Shown: positions 45,943 to 56,272 of the stretch, piece after piece
Numbering within the stretch: position 1 is the stretch's first letter
Layout of the letters: every line of letters starts with the position of its first letter
Source: a candidate division WOR-3 bacterium
Lineage (GTDB): Bacteria; Hydrothermota; Tepidihabitantia; Tepidihabitantales; Tepidihabitantaceae
NCBI GenBank assembly: GCA_965649225.1
Contig: CBFGJX010000010.1
Coordinates: forward strand, 1-64,000
DNA length: 64,000 bases
Direction of reading: 5' to 3'
The notes under the pieces: generated by a model
The model's database searches: none
Seen by the model: the letters and a program-made list of their open reading frames with translations, nothing else
What the model was told of the DNA's origin: nothing
Made by a program: the position numbers and the translations under genes

Positions 45943-48900
45943 TCAGTGGATGGGTTCAATCAACCAGACTGTGATGATTTCGTCCGGGTCGGACAGCAAT
46001 CGTGTGAAGCGGTAATCCGGGAGGAGGAAGCTTTTTTTTGAATCCATCAGGCGGATGAAGTTCGGGTGCCGACCGGGGTTGTTTGTTTCCCAGAAAGCGA
46101 TTGCCGGCAGGAAGTCGGCAAAATCTGCCCGACCGCTGTCGATTGCCGCCCAAGCGGCGCGGTAAGAGACGACCCGACCCAGTCCGGCCACCAGCAGGCG
46201 ACTGGGTTCGGTCAGATGTGCTGATGGCCAGAAAACAGTGCGGCAGCGGATACCACTCATTGCCGCCAGCTCCCCGGCGACGAGATTGAGAGCGGCGCCG
46301 ACGCGTGATTGGACCAGATAGCCGATCGCCGCCGAGTCACGACTGGCGGCAAGCAGCGTAAAGTAGTAGCCACCGTGCCGGTAGTTTTCACGCTCGGGCA
46401 TGTAGCCGAAGACCTCGGGATGATTTTCCGGACTGCCCGTGGCCCAGAACGCCAGCGCGGGCAGAAAATCGACCAGCTCGGTGTTTTCACCAGCAAGTGA
46501 TTGGTAGAGCTGAGCGTAGGTAAGCACTCGGACAGAATCGGGCCATTCTGGCAGCGGGTGATCGCTGGGCCAGAAAATCGAACGGTAGCCTGATGGCAGG
46601 ACCTGACGGGCGAACCGGGCGACTTCAACTAGCGCAGGACCGGACTCGGGTCGGCCGGGTCGGAATGGTATGATCGGCCCCGAGTCATTGGCGCGGCGGA
46701 CATCGTAAATCCAGCAACGGCGGGTAGCACCGGCGTTGAGCAGTGTTAGACGGATACCGTCCTGCAGCTGATGTTGGCCGGTGTGTATAACAGTCAGAGG
46801 ACCCAGGTCTTCAAACCCACGGTAGGCATCGTCGGCGACGTCGATCGCCAACGCGGGAAGGATGCTGTCCAGCGCGATGGCCCGGCGGTGACGAAGACTG
46901 TTCAGTTGGCGGATGGTTATTACCGGCAGGATGGAATCGGTCGGGGCCGAGTCCAGCGGCCAGACCAGTGTGCGGTAGCCGGGCATTGTTTGAGTATGGG
47001 TCAGTGCCCAGGTGCGGGCAGCCGCCAGCTCCGACAACAGCGAGTCGGCCCACACTCGTGGTGATTGAATGCGGACAAAACCATCCTCAACATCCAGCCA
47101 CGCTTCTCGTTCGGCAAACGCAGCAGCCAGCAGCGGATTCAGCGGGCCGAGGTCGCGGGCCCAGACTATCGGGCCGGAAAGGTCGGGGCGGTTTTGAGAA
47201 AAGGCAGCCTTGTAGTCACGGGTAAACACCAAAGCGTTGCTGAGTCGGGCCGAGCGCGCGCGGTTGATGGTGCGAGCGGTGACACCACTGAACGAGCTGT
47301 ATTCTCCAACCAGTCTGGGCAAGGATGGTATCCAGCCGGTAACGAAAGCGAACGCAATCAGCGTGATCAGATCAGCGCGTAGACGTGATGTCGGCCGGTG
47401 TGTAAACTGGCGTAGAACAGCAGTCAGCCGGGTAAGCGACTGTGCCGTGAGCAAAAGAATGGCTGGTACGGCTTCAAAGACGAATCGTGGTCCGTAGCAG
47501 TAGCCGTGGAAAAAATAGAAAAAGTGAATGAATAGCAGGCTAGCCGGAATGGCGAAGAGGACGCAATCCCAGGGCCGACGCGGGCCGATGATCAGCAGCG
47601 AGAGCGGCAGGATTAGGGCTGGGACCGGCCATTCGAACAGGTAGCGATTGAGTCCGGCAAGGTTGGAAGTGATGTGGACCAGTCCCTTGTAAGGCGTGTG
47701 GGTGATGCCGAGTGCGGCCGGGCCGAAGACAAATCCGTGGCCCGTGCCGTGCAGCACCGTATAGCCGAAGTTCAGCGGCGCGCCCGTGGTCAACCAGTTC
47801 TGGACCAGCAGCAGCAGCCCGAACACCGTAACGACGCCGGCACCGGCTGCGGCGCGCGCCCACAGGCGCGGCTCCCGACGCAGGCGCAGAAGCAGCCATA
47901 CAACTGCAGGTAAGGCGATGCCAAGCGCGGTCGCGGGTCGGGTCGCAACGACGATTCCCAGTGACAGGCCGCAGAGCAGGGCGTTGCCGATGCCGCGCCG
48001 CTCAAGCCGGCTGAAGAACAGCAGAAGCAGCGTGCCCCAGCACAGCGAAGTTGTGTGGTTCATGAATGAACCGCCCATAAACCAGACAAAAGGTGACAGG
48101 CAGTAGAGCAGGGCGGCTCCGCGCGCGATGCGTTCGCCGTAGACTTCGCGTCCGAGGCCGTAGAGCGCCAGCACCGCGACCGCAGCCTGCAGGGGATTGA
48201 CCAGCCAGGGCAGGCCGGCGAGCACGCCCAGCGCGAGCATCAGGGGATGGCCGTAAGGGTACTGCGAGTACCACCGGCCGTCGTTGATGACGTGCTTGAA
48301 GTCGAAAAACGACGGCAGCGGGGGCGAAACGGCAAACAGCCGGCCAAGTGTGAAGATGCGGGCTTGGAATAGCTGGGCTGCTTCGTCAGTGATGTGAGGA
48401 ATCCCACCCAGTACTGCCGTGGCGGCGACGGCTGCGACGGTAAGGGCGGTACCTCCGACCAGAACTGAAAACCACCGGGGCGGCAGGCGAAGAATCGGCC
48501 GCCATAGACCGGCCGGTAGAGCGCCGATCCGGCGCAGCACTGGGAAAGAGCCCCAGCTGAACAGTATGAACCCCAGTGAACCGAGAACCAAAGTCAGCGA
48601 CAGCCAATAGTTGGGTTCGGCGTATAGCCGCAGCTCGGGATAGCCTAAGGGCAGCAGCGACAGCACCAGCATTATGGCGGCAAGGCCCGTACCGAGTATG
48701 TTGCGGGCCACCAGATAACGCAGTGTCAGTCTGAATGGTTTTGTCAGGCTGACAAGCAGCCCGGCGATTGTCACCGTGAGCAACACCGGCAACAAGAAGG
48801 GGAAGGCTATCCCGCTTCCGGTAGTCGGTAGCAACTTGATGACTACGGTGCCATTCTGATAACCGACTATACTCGCTTGGCCTCGTCCCAGCCGGGCAAG

Positions 48901-48987
48901 GGCATAAAGCAACAGCCCAGCCAAACCGGCAGCGGTGGCAAGGATGCGCAAGGGCAGTTCAACCGCGAAACGGCGACGTTCAGGCAT
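45943..48987 (-). CDS. Large GT-C (PMT/ArnT-like) membrane glycosyltransferase with long extracytoplasmic C-terminus
   Basis: Many TM segments; PHITDEAA..FQA..F..G, YSQYP.GHP, TRP, YGPRF.FE. Confidence 0.75.
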   Translation of the reverse strand: MPERRRFAVELPLRILATAAGLAGLLLYALARLGRGQASIVGYQNGTVVIKLLPTTGSGIAFPFLLPVLLTVTIAGLLVSLTKPFRLTLRYLVARNILGTGLAAIMLVLSLLPLGYPELRLYAEPNYWLSLTLVLGSLGFILFSWGSFPVLRRIGALPAGLWRPILRLPPRWFSVLVGGTALTVAAVAATAVLGGIPHITDEAAQLFQARIFTLGRLFAVSPPLPSFFDFKHVINDGRWYSQYPYGHPLMLALGVLAGLPWLVNPLQAAVAVLALYGLGREVYGERIARGAALLYCLSPFVWFMGGSFMNHTTSLCWGTLLLLFFSRLERRGIGNALLCGLSLGIVVATRPATALGIALPAVVWLLLRLRREPRLWARAAAGAGVVTVFGLLLLVQNWLTTGAPLNFGYTVLHGTGHGFVFGPAALGITHTPYKGLVHITSNLAGLNRYLFEWPVPALILPLSLLIIGPRRPWDCVLFAIPASLLFIHFFYFFHGYCYGPRFVFEAVPAILLLTAQSLTRLTAVLRQFTHRPTSRLRADLITLIAFAFVTGWIPSLPRLVGEYSSFSGVTARTINRARSARLSNALVFTRDYKAAFSQNRPDLSGPIVWARDLGPLNPLLAAAFAEREAWLDVEDGFVRIQSPRVWADSLLSELAAARTWALTHTQTMPGYRTLVWPLDSAPTDSILPVITIRQLNSLRHRRAIALDSILPALAIDVADDAYRGFEDLGPLTVIHTGQHQLQDGIRLTLLNAGATRRCWIYDVRRANDSGPIIPFRPGRPESGPALVEVARFARQVLPSGYRSIFWPSDHPLPEWPDSVRVLTYAQLYQSLAGENTELVDFLPALAFWATGSPENHPEVFGYMPERENYRHGGYYFTLLAASRDSAAIGYLVQSRVGAALNLVAGELAAMSGIRCRTVFWPSAHLTEPSRLLVAGLGRVVSYRAAWAAIDSGRADFADFLPAIAFWETNNPGRHPNFIRLMDSKKSFLLPDYRFTRLLSDPDEIITVWLIEPIH

Positions 48988-49597
48988 CAGGACACGGCTG
49001 AAGCCGGGCAATCAGCCAGGGCCAGGAACTGGTAATAACCGGTGCCGGATCGTGGTTGAGCAGCAGCAGACGCAGCGAGCGCCGGCTGAAACGCTGGATG
49101 TGTTCCGGGTGGTGCCCCAGCCGTTGGACATACTTCAGTCGGGCAAGATTGGTGAGCGACCAGAAGGGTTCATGTGGAACCGAGACAACTACCGCGCGCC
49201 GGGCAACCCGACAGAGTTCGGACAAGGCCCGGGCCGGGTCCGCCAAGTGTTCCAGCACCTCAAGACAAAGCACGAGGTCGAAGGTTCGGTCAGGCCAGGG
49301 CAGGGAATGGATATCGGCAATCAGAAACCGGTCACCGGGATGGCGTCGCCGGGCGTAGTCGATGCAGGCTGGGTTAGTGTCAAAGCCGGTAACCGGCACC
49401 GGCAGGATATCGCGCAGCCGGGCGATGGTCTCCCCTTCGCCGCAACCGGCGTCCAGAACGCTCAGCGGTGTCAGGGGCGTCACTAACGAACGGACGCGGA
49501 GAAAAAAGCGGTCAAACAGCAGCCGGGCCAGCGGATTGCGGGTGGCAAACTTGGCAAAGTTGGAGGTTGACGGCGATTCAGTCGGCGCGTCGGTCAT
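48980..49597 (-). CDS. Class I SAM-dependent methyltransferase
   Basis: VLDAGCGEG, FDLVLCLEVLEHL.DP. Confidence 0.9.
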   Translation of the reverse strand: MTDAPTESPSTSNFAKFATRNPLARLLFDRFFLRVRSLVTPLTPLSVLDAGCGEGETIARLRDILPVPVTGFDTNPACIDYARRRHPGDRFLIADIHSLPWPDRTFDLVLCLEVLEHLADPARALSELCRVARRAVVVSVPHEPFWSLTNLARLKYVQRLGHHPEHIQRFSRRSLRLLLLNHDPAPVITSSWPWLIARLQPCPDA

Positions 49598-50513
49598 TTT
49601 CAATCGTGGTGTAGTCGGGGCCGGGGCGTCCGGCGGCAATCATCTCGCCGACGAGGCCGACGGCAACCAGTTGTAGTCCGACGAGAACGAGCATCACTCC
49701 AGTTATCAGTGCAGCCAAGTGGCGGTTGAAGGGTGAGCCGCCAAGCTTGCGCACGAGCACGTAGCCCTCTAATCCCAGCCCTAGTAACAGCGGCACCAGC
49801 CCGAGTGTGCCGAAAAAATGCAGGGGTTTGCGGGCGAAACGGGTAATAAAGGCAACGGCGATCAGGTCCAGTACTCCGGTCCAGAAGCGGGTCACACCGT
49901 ATTTCGAGCGGCCGAAACGGCGTCGGCGATGGACAACCGGCTGTTCAGTGACTCGCCAGCCGGCGGCATGGGCCAGCTCGGGAATGAAGCGGTAGTTGTC
50001 GCCACGCAATGGCAGACCGGCGGCAACCGCCCGGCGCAGTGCCCGGAAACCGGAATTGGAGTCGTGCAACTGGAGGCCAAATATCATCCGTTTGAGTAAA
50101 TTGAAAATGCGTGACGGCACGGTCTTGGCGGGTTCGTTTTCCAGCCGGTGCTGCTTCCAGCCGACGACGAGATCAAAGCCGGCATCTATTGCGCGAAGCA
50201 GACTGGGAATTTCGGCCGGGTCGTCCTGCAGGTCGGCATCGAGGGTCAGGATGATTTCGCCGCTGGCAGCGGTAAAGCCGGCGGCATAGGCCGCCGACTT
50301 CCCACAGCGGGTGCGAAAGCGAATTACCCGTACCCGCCGGTCAGCAGCGGCAAGTGCCGCCAGCCGGACCGGAGTGGAATCGGTTGAGCCGTCGTCAATG
50401 AAAATGAGCTCCCAATCGCCATCAAGTCGGTCGAGCACTGAGCGCAGCTCGCCGTAGAGCGGCTCGACTGACTGTTCTTCGTCGCGGGCCGGCACGACTA
50501 CGCTGTACCGCAT
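49578..50513 (-). CDS. GT2 polyprenol-phosphate glycosyltransferase (ArnC/DPM1-like)
   Basis: SVVVP..DE, IDDGSTD, LDADLQDDP, two C-terminal TM helices; promoter TTGACA-N17-TAGACT at 50523-50551. Confidence 0.9.
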   Translation of the reverse strand: MRYSVVVPARDEEQSVEPLYGELRSVLDRLDGDWELIFIDDGSTDSTPVRLAALAAADRRVRVIRFRTRCGKSAAYAAGFTAASGEIILTLDADLQDDPAEIPSLLRAIDAGFDLVVGWKQHRLENEPAKTVPSRIFNLLKRMIFGLQLHDSNSGFRALRRAVAAGLPLRGDNYRFIPELAHAAGWRVTEQPVVHRRRRFGRSKYGVTRFWTGVLDLIAVAFITRFARKPLHFFGTLGLVPLLLGLGLEGYVLVRKLGGSPFNRHLAALITGVMLVLVGLQLVAVGLVGEMIAAGRPGPDYTTIENDRRAD

Positions 50514-50547
50514 CGCCGGGGCAGTCTAGACTGGTCGATGACCGGTG

Positions 50548-52092
50548 TCAACCGGACGAGCGGACAAAAACATCAAAACGGGCGATCTGTCCGAGCGGCC
50601 GATAGTTTGCCTCGATGAATCCGCGCAGCTCGTCAAACTCAAGTAGAGTTTCAAAAGAATCCTTGTCGTGACCAGTAACCCAAGGTGTGGCGTCGCCGTG
50701 CTCAACGATAAAGATGTCGGGCGGCGAAGCAGCCAGGGCCGTGACCAGTTCGGAGCGGAACCGGCCGGTCTGCCAGTTGACAATCAGCGGAAAATTGTAA
50801 AGAAAGCGCGTAACCGCAGGCCGACGGGACAGAAAGTAGACCATCGGTTCATAGCCCCAGACAAAAACCCGGGCCGATTCGGGCGTGTTTTCCCGCAGCC
50901 AGTCAACGAGTGCCAGATTGGCGGCAAGCGAGAAATCCCGGCCCGAATCGTGGCGACGACTGCGCCAGTAGTCTTCGAGTGCGGTGCGGTCCCGAGTGGT
51001 CTGGACAGCTTCGGCCAGCCGTGCCGGCCAATGGACGACAAGACAGAGGCCCAGCAGCAGGCCGGCGGCGAGGGCAGGCCGCAGTACCGAACGCCGCAGC
51101 CGGAGCCCGGCTAGGCCGAAACCGGCAGCAGCAGCTGCGGCAGGCAGCAGGGGCAGGTAGTGGTACTGGAAGAACTTGCCCTGAGACCAGGTTGACGCCA
51201 GTGCGGCAATGATCCACAGGAGCAGCAGCAAGGCATTCCGTCGGCGGGAGGAAAACAATCCGGCGGCGATGGCGACCAGGCCGGCGGCAAGCAGAATCCC
51301 GGTGGGCAGCAGTGCGCGGTTGCCGTAGAGCATCTTCAGAAACAGTGCCAGTGGACCGGTAGAGCCGTCGGTGCGCACCAGGCGGGTGTAGCCCGGCATC
51401 AGTCCAAACTGGCTTTCGATGAAAGCGGGCATGGCGCCGGACAGAACAAGGGCGAGAATGCAGACGCCAAGCGTCATCAGCGCGCCGGTCAGTGCCAGTA
51501 CAGCAGTGGTCAGGGCCCGGCGGCGGTTACGACGCAGAAACCAATAGCCCAATCCGGCGATCAGCGGACCGAGCAACGCTACGGTGTACTTAAAACATGC
51601 AGCAGTTGCAACCAGGATGCCGAAACCGAGCCAGCAGCGGCCTCGTCCTTCCTCCAATCCAGCTTGAGCGCAGAGCAGGGCGCCAAGAACTGGCAGGTTC
51701 AGCCAGCCGTCGGTCTGGGCGGTGTGCCACCAGCCCAGTGCGGTATAACACAAAGCAAAGGCCAGCGCTGCGAAAACTCCGGCCGAATCGTCAGAGGTCA
51801 GACGCCGCAGGAGCAGAAAAAGCAACAGGGCGGTGGCGGCAAGCCAGCAAAGATCAATGAATCGCAGCGCGGTCATATTGTGGCCGAACACAACTATCGC
51901 CAGAGCATGAACAACAGTGGTCAACGGCGGCTTGACATTGAAAACGTCACGATAGACGACTTTGCCGGCAAGCATTTCGCTGGCAATGTGGGCATGGATG
52001 CCTTGATCGCGGCCGAAAGGCCAGACAAGCATTACGGCGCCGACAATCAACGCACCCAGAACGACGACACCAATTGGCAGTAACCGCCTCAC
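50548..52092 (-). CDS. GT-C (ArnT/GT39-like) membrane glycosyltransferase
   Basis: RDQG......G...YRD.F..KPP, multiple TMs, FFQYHYLP, FVWG..P..YFLS.R. Confidence 0.8.
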   Translation of the reverse strand: MRRLLPIGVVVLGALIVGAVMLVWPFGRDQGIHAHIASEMLAGKVVYRDVFNVKPPLTTVVHALAIVVFGHNMTALRFIDLCWLAATALLLFLLLRRLTSDDSAGVFAALAFALCYTALGWWHTAQTDGWLNLPVLGALLCAQAGLEEGRGRCWLGFGILVATAACFKYTVALLGPLIAGLGYWFLRRNRRRALTTAVLALTGALMTLGVCILALVLSGAMPAFIESQFGLMPGYTRLVRTDGSTGPLALFLKMLYGNRALLPTGILLAAGLVAIAAGLFSSRRRNALLLLLWIIAALASTWSQGKFFQYHYLPLLPAAAAAAGFGLAGLRLRRSVLRPALAAGLLLGLCLVVHWPARLAEAVQTTRDRTALEDYWRSRRHDSGRDFSLAANLALVDWLRENTPESARVFVWGYEPMVYFLSRRPAVTRFLYNFPLIVNWQTGRFRSELVTALAASPPDIFIVEHGDATPWVTGHDKDSFETLLEFDELRGFIEANYRPLGQIARFDVFVRSSG

Positions 52093-53681
52093 TGCTCCTC
52101 CGCCAGCAGGTCATTACGCAGAAAGACGTCAACCGCAGTTGAACCCCACAGCGGCATCGGCAGAGGAAACTGCCGGATGAGCGAATAGTTCTCACCGAAC
52201 CAGGGGTCGCGGTAGATGCTGTAGCGGGCAAACGTAGCGATGGTCACAACCAGTGGTGGCTGAAGCCGTTGTATCAGCCCGGTGGGGATAACGCCGTCGC
52301 GAGGACTTGCGCGTTCCGAATCCGGGGCGGGGAGAAACGGCAGTGCCTCAGGACTGACCAGACCGCAGGCATCAATCAGCGGCCCCCGGTAATAGTAGCC
52401 GAGCGCACCGACTTCGGCGGCCGCGACGCGCTGGCGGTCATCGGGCACAATCCGGTTGAGCCAGAGTGCAGCGTCGCGATAAGCCAAGACGCGCAGTCGG
52501 ACCGGATCGGTCTGGATGCCGGTGTCAAAGACACCGCGACCAGCGACGAGATTGCCGGCTGGACCCCGTAATCCCCACAACGCTGCCAGTACCAAGGCAG
52601 CGGCGGGCCAGAAGCTCCCGGTTCGCGGTAACAGCAACCGCAGCCGGGCAAGACCGTTCAGCAGCATCACCGAAAAAAGCACAAACAGGGGTGGATAGTA
52701 CCAGGGAAATACCAAGGGGTTAGTGAACAGGTAGAAGACGAACAAGAGCAGCAGCAACATTGCAGGGGTAGTGGGGATAAGCCGTCTGAAAACAGAGTCA
52801 TTGCCGGCAGAGCGGGGACGAATTACAGTGGCGGACAGCGCGGCAACCGACAGGACAATGGCAGCGATCGAGAGTGCCGAGAAGGGCAGCCGGCTGGGCG
52901 CGCCACCGACAGCCGGGTTGCCGAGCAGTCGGAATTCCAGCTCACGCAGAATGCGCCACAGACCGTAGCCTGGCGGCAGCGGATAGAGCGGCCGGGCTTT
53001 GGCAATCAGCGAATGGTAAACCGGCGTACCATAGAGTGTCGTGCCCAGAATCAGCCAGATACAACCGGGCAAAAGCAGTCCAATGAGCGTCAGGAGCGGT
53101 TTCGGCCGACCGGCGACCAGCCAGCAGCCGGCTGTTAGCAGAACAAGTGTCGCGCCCTCGGGCCGGGCAAGGATTGACAACCCGGCCAGTAGCCCAGCCA
53201 GAGGAAAAGAGCTTCGAGACAGCGCCCACAGCGTCCAGACAACCAGGGCGGAAAAGAGCAGAGACTCCATCCCGCCCAGCGAAGCACGCAGCAGGTCAAA
53301 ACGGAGCGCAATCAGACCAGCGGCTACAGTACCGGTTGTCGGGCCAAGCAGACGGCGGAGCAGCAGCAGCAGTCCGAAAGCGAAGGCGAGATATGAAAGC
53401 GCATTGCCCCGGACAGCGATATCGGGCGTGGGCACGGCGGGCAGGGCGGCTTTTGCCATCGCCAATACAGCAAGAAAGAGTGGGGTTGAAACGCCAAAGA
53501 CCCTTTCGCCGGGATTGTAGACCAGTCCGCGGCCGGCAATCAAATTGTCGACATAGCGGTAAATGATGAAACCGTCGTCCTCGGGCAGAATCGGTGCGGT
53601 CAGGTGCACGACGAGAGAGAACGCAACGCTCAGAGCAAAAAAAACCAAGGCCGTCCGCGCAACAAAAAGACCGGGTTTCAT
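52089..53681 (-). CDS. GT-C-like membrane protein (AftB-like)
   Basis: EDDGFI.YRY..NL..G.GLVYNPGERV.G.STPL, GMES.L, RPEG, EVGALGYY...ID..GL. Confidence 0.75.
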   Translation of the reverse strand: MKPGLFVARTALVFFALSVAFSLVVHLTAPILPEDDGFIIYRYVDNLIAGRGLVYNPGERVFGVSTPLFLAVLAMAKAALPAVPTPDIAVRGNALSYLAFAFGLLLLLRRLLGPTTGTVAAGLIALRFDLLRASLGGMESLLFSALVVWTLWALSRSSFPLAGLLAGLSILARPEGATLVLLTAGCWLVAGRPKPLLTLIGLLLPGCIWLILGTTLYGTPVYHSLIAKARPLYPLPPGYGLWRILRELEFRLLGNPAVGGAPSRLPFSALSIAAIVLSVAALSATVIRPRSAGNDSVFRRLIPTTPAMLLLLLFVFYLFTNPLVFPWYYPPLFVLFSVMLLNGLARLRLLLPRTGSFWPAAALVLAALWGLRGPAGNLVAGRGVFDTGIQTDPVRLRVLAYRDAALWLNRIVPDDRQRVAAAEVGALGYYYRGPLIDACGLVSPEALPFLPAPDSERASPRDGVIPTGLIQRLQPPLVVTIATFARYSIYRDPWFGENYSLIRQFPLPMPLWGSTAVDVFLRNDLLAEEQ

Positions 53682-53849
53682 TGCTCAACCGCAACCCGGG
53701 CAATCAACCAGGCGGCGACAGGCTGGCCGGAAATGTGATCAGTCACCGCGGCGGTTCCGTCTTTGCATTGTCGTATGGCAAACTTTTGCCAGTGGAATTC
53801 GCCTTGTCAAGCCTGCCGGTGGCTTGACCGCACGCAACCGGCCGATAAG

Positions 53850-55163
53850 ATGCTGAGCAACGTGGAAGGCACTACCGATTTCTCTGCGCGTACGCTTGAC
53901 GCCGGCTTCGAGGCCGTTGATCGGCTTGAGGTCGAGCGCCTGCGTCGCATCATTGCAGCCAAAGAGCCGGGTTCGACCCTGCTCGGGTTGAGCGACGAGG
54001 ACTTGTTTGTACGACTGGGCGGGCTCGTCGGCGACGGCGAACGCCGCCTCACTGTGGCCGGGCTGCTGGTCGCCGGCCGCGAGGAAGCACTGCGCCGGTT
54101 CGTTCCCGGTCATGAGGCGGTGTACCTACGGATGCAGTCTGACACCGCCTACGACAAACGGATTGATTCGGCGAAACCGTTGCTGGCGCTGTTAGAGCAG
54201 TTCACGCAGGCAGTTGAACCGCACAACCGTATCGTCACACTCAAGTTCGGCCTGTTTCACTTCGAAATTCCCGACTTTCCCGAGGAAGTCTACCGCGAGG
54301 CGCTGCTGAACGCGTTCACCCACCGCGACTATCAACGCACCGCTCCGGTCTACCTGCGGCAGTTCGCCGACCGGCTCGAGATTTCTTCGCCGGGCGGTTT
54401 CTGGGGGGATGTGCATCCGGGCAACATTCTAGGTCACGAGCCGGTCAGTCGCAACCGCCTGCTCGCCGAGATGTTGCAGAAGGTGCGTCTGGTTGAGCGC
54501 GCCGGGATGGGTGTCAAGCGGATGTATCACATTCTGCTCTCCTACGGCAAGGAGCCGCCGTCCTACGAGTCGGGCGCGGACTTCGTTCGCGTTACCCTGC
54601 GCTCCGGCCGCACGGTCGGGGCCAATGGACAGGAAACCCCGGCGATAGACGAAACCTTTGCCCGGTTTGTTGTTGACCGCCAGCAGGAGGGCCGCGAACT
54701 GACTCTCGCCGACCTGCTTATTCTGACATGGCTGAAGCGTAACCGCGAGATTGACCTGGGTGAGGCCGAGCGGTTGCTGCAGCGCAGCGAAAACGAGGCA
54801 CGCGAGGCGCTCAACTCGATGATTACCCGCGAACTGCTTGAGCCTTTCGGGGAGAAGAAGGGCCGGGTCTACCGGCTGTCCAAGAGCGCTTACCAGAAAC
54901 TGCGCAAGACCGTCACCTACTCGATCTTCCGACGTGCCGAGGCGGCATTCGCCGAGAGCGCAATAATGGCCTACCTCGAAGAGCTGCCCGGCCCCGAAGA
55001 CAAGCGATTCGTAACCAACGAGATTGTCCGCACGTTGTTGCGCGTCAGTCCATCGCAGTCGGGGTATCTGCTCGCGAGTCTGGTAAAGAAGGGTAAGTTG
55101 GTGCTTCGCGGTCGCGGCCGGGCGGCAAAGTATTACCGGAGCCGGCAGCTCTCGGTGTTCTAA
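53850..55163 (+). CDS. HATPase_c_4 (RecG C-terminal-like) plus HTH protein lacking the usual N-terminal AlbA_2 domain
   Basis: REALLNA..HRDY, DRLEISSPGG, RNRLLA..L...LVERAG.G; C-terminal wHTH G.GRA.KY; start uncertain (ATG 53850 or GTG 53862). Confidence 0.8.
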   Translation: MLSNVEGTTDFSARTLDAGFEAVDRLEVERLRRIIAAKEPGSTLLGLSDEDLFVRLGGLVGDGERRLTVAGLLVAGREEALRRFVPGHEAVYLRMQSDTAYDKRIDSAKPLLALLEQFTQAVEPHNRIVTLKFGLFHFEIPDFPEEVYREALLNAFTHRDYQRTAPVYLRQFADRLEISSPGGFWGDVHPGNILGHEPVSRNRLLAEMLQKVRLVERAGMGVKRMYHILLSYGKEPPSYESGADFVRVTLRSGRTVGANGQETPAIDETFARFVVDRQQEGRELTLADLLILTWLKRNREIDLGEAERLLQRSENEAREALNSMITRELLEPFGEKKGRVYRLSKSAYQKLRKTVTYSIFRRAEAAFAESAIMAYLEELPGPEDKRFVTNEIVRTLLRVSPSQSGYLLASLVKKGKLVLRGRGRAAKYYRSRQLSVF

Positions 55164-55208
55164 CTCGCGGTTCTTCTGCGATTCCGAACTTGGTAGAACT
55201 TCCCTGAT

Positions 55209-55880
55209 TCAGCCGGGGACCTTGCGGCGGCGGATTTTTCGAGCGACTATGACCACGAAGCTCGCGCCGGGGTGCCAGCCAAAGAGTGGCGGTCGGGCTG
55301 CGGGCTGTTCGTCGGGTCCTTCGAAAAGAGTGGAGATGACGTTCTCGACCTCAAAACCGGCCGCTTCGGTTAATGCTCGGACGGTCTGGTAATCGCCGAA
55401 CCGGGCATGGCGGAAGAGGTGATGGCCGGACCGGGCTTTCTGGATATAGCGGGCGGCCCATTTGCCGTTGCGGTCGAGCCAAGCGTTGACCAGCCGGCCG
55501 CCGGGATAGAGTACGCGACGGGCCTGAGCCAGAACCGCTGCCGGCCGGGAAAGAAATTCCCAGGTGGTGAGCAGGAAAACTGTACCGAACTTGCCGGCAG
55601 CGAAGGGCAACTTTTCCCCCCGACCAAGGATGGTGCGGATGCCGCGGCGGCGGGCAATGGCAAGCAGTTTTTTTGAGGGGTCAATGCCGAGCGGGATTTT
55701 GAGTCTTTCGGCAAAACGACCGGAGCCTACGCCAATTTCAAACCAGGGTTGGGGCAGGGCGGGAAGAAGCGGTCGAAGCGCAGCGAGTTCGGTAGCGAAA
55801 GCGGCGCGGCCCGGGCCGTCGTACCAGGCGTCGTATTTCTCTGCAACCGCGTCGAATGGTGACTCTTCGTGCGACATCAA
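55209..55880 (-). CDS. Class I SAM-dependent methyltransferase
   Basis: FD..A..YD.WY, EIGVGSGRF, GIDPS, GE.LPF. Confidence 0.9.
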   Translation of the reverse strand: MMSHEESPFDAVAEKYDAWYDGPGRAAFATELAALRPLLPALPQPWFEIGVGSGRFAERLKIPLGIDPSKKLLAIARRRGIRTILGRGEKLPFAAGKFGTVFLLTTWEFLSRPAAVLAQARRVLYPGGRLVNAWLDRNGKWAARYIQKARSGHHLFRHARFGDYQTVRALTEAAGFEVENVISTLFEGPDEQPAARPPLFGWHPGASFVVIVARKIRRRKVPG

Positions 55881-55903
55881 ACGGGTGCGCCGGGCTGGGG
55901 CAG

Positions 55904-56272
55904 TCAGAGCGTGATTACAGTGTATCCGGCTTCGAGCCAGCGGGCGATCGAGGGGTGACCGTTCATCTCGTCACTGGTGCGCAATCCCTGTTCGATGCAG
56001 GCGGGCAGGACGCCGTTGCGGGCCGCACAGGCTTTGCAGACAGAATCGATGACGCCGTGTTTGAGGGCGCGGTGCCATTCGACCGAGCCGGGTTTGGTTT
56101 CGTTGCGCAGGAGCGAGACCAGCCGGGTGGAGTCGCCTTCGATGACGACGCGGACGTCCCAGCCGCGCTGGTGCATGTCGAGCGCGTTGAGGAGCAGGTG
56201 AATGAAGGCGGTGGGGTTGTCGGAGAAGGTAAAGAATGCAACCTTGCGGGCAGTGGAAGGGTCAGGGCTCAT
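55904..56272 (-). CDS. DsrE-family protein
   Basis: H.LLNALD, VVIEG, VCKACA, GHPSI...GY.VIT. Confidence 0.75.
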   Translation of the reverse strand: MSPDPSTARKVAFFTFSDNPTAFIHLLLNALDMHQRGWDVRVVIEGDSTRLVSLLRNETKPGSVEWHRALKHGVIDSVCKACAARNGVLPACIEQGLRTSDEMNGHPSIARWLEAGYTVITL

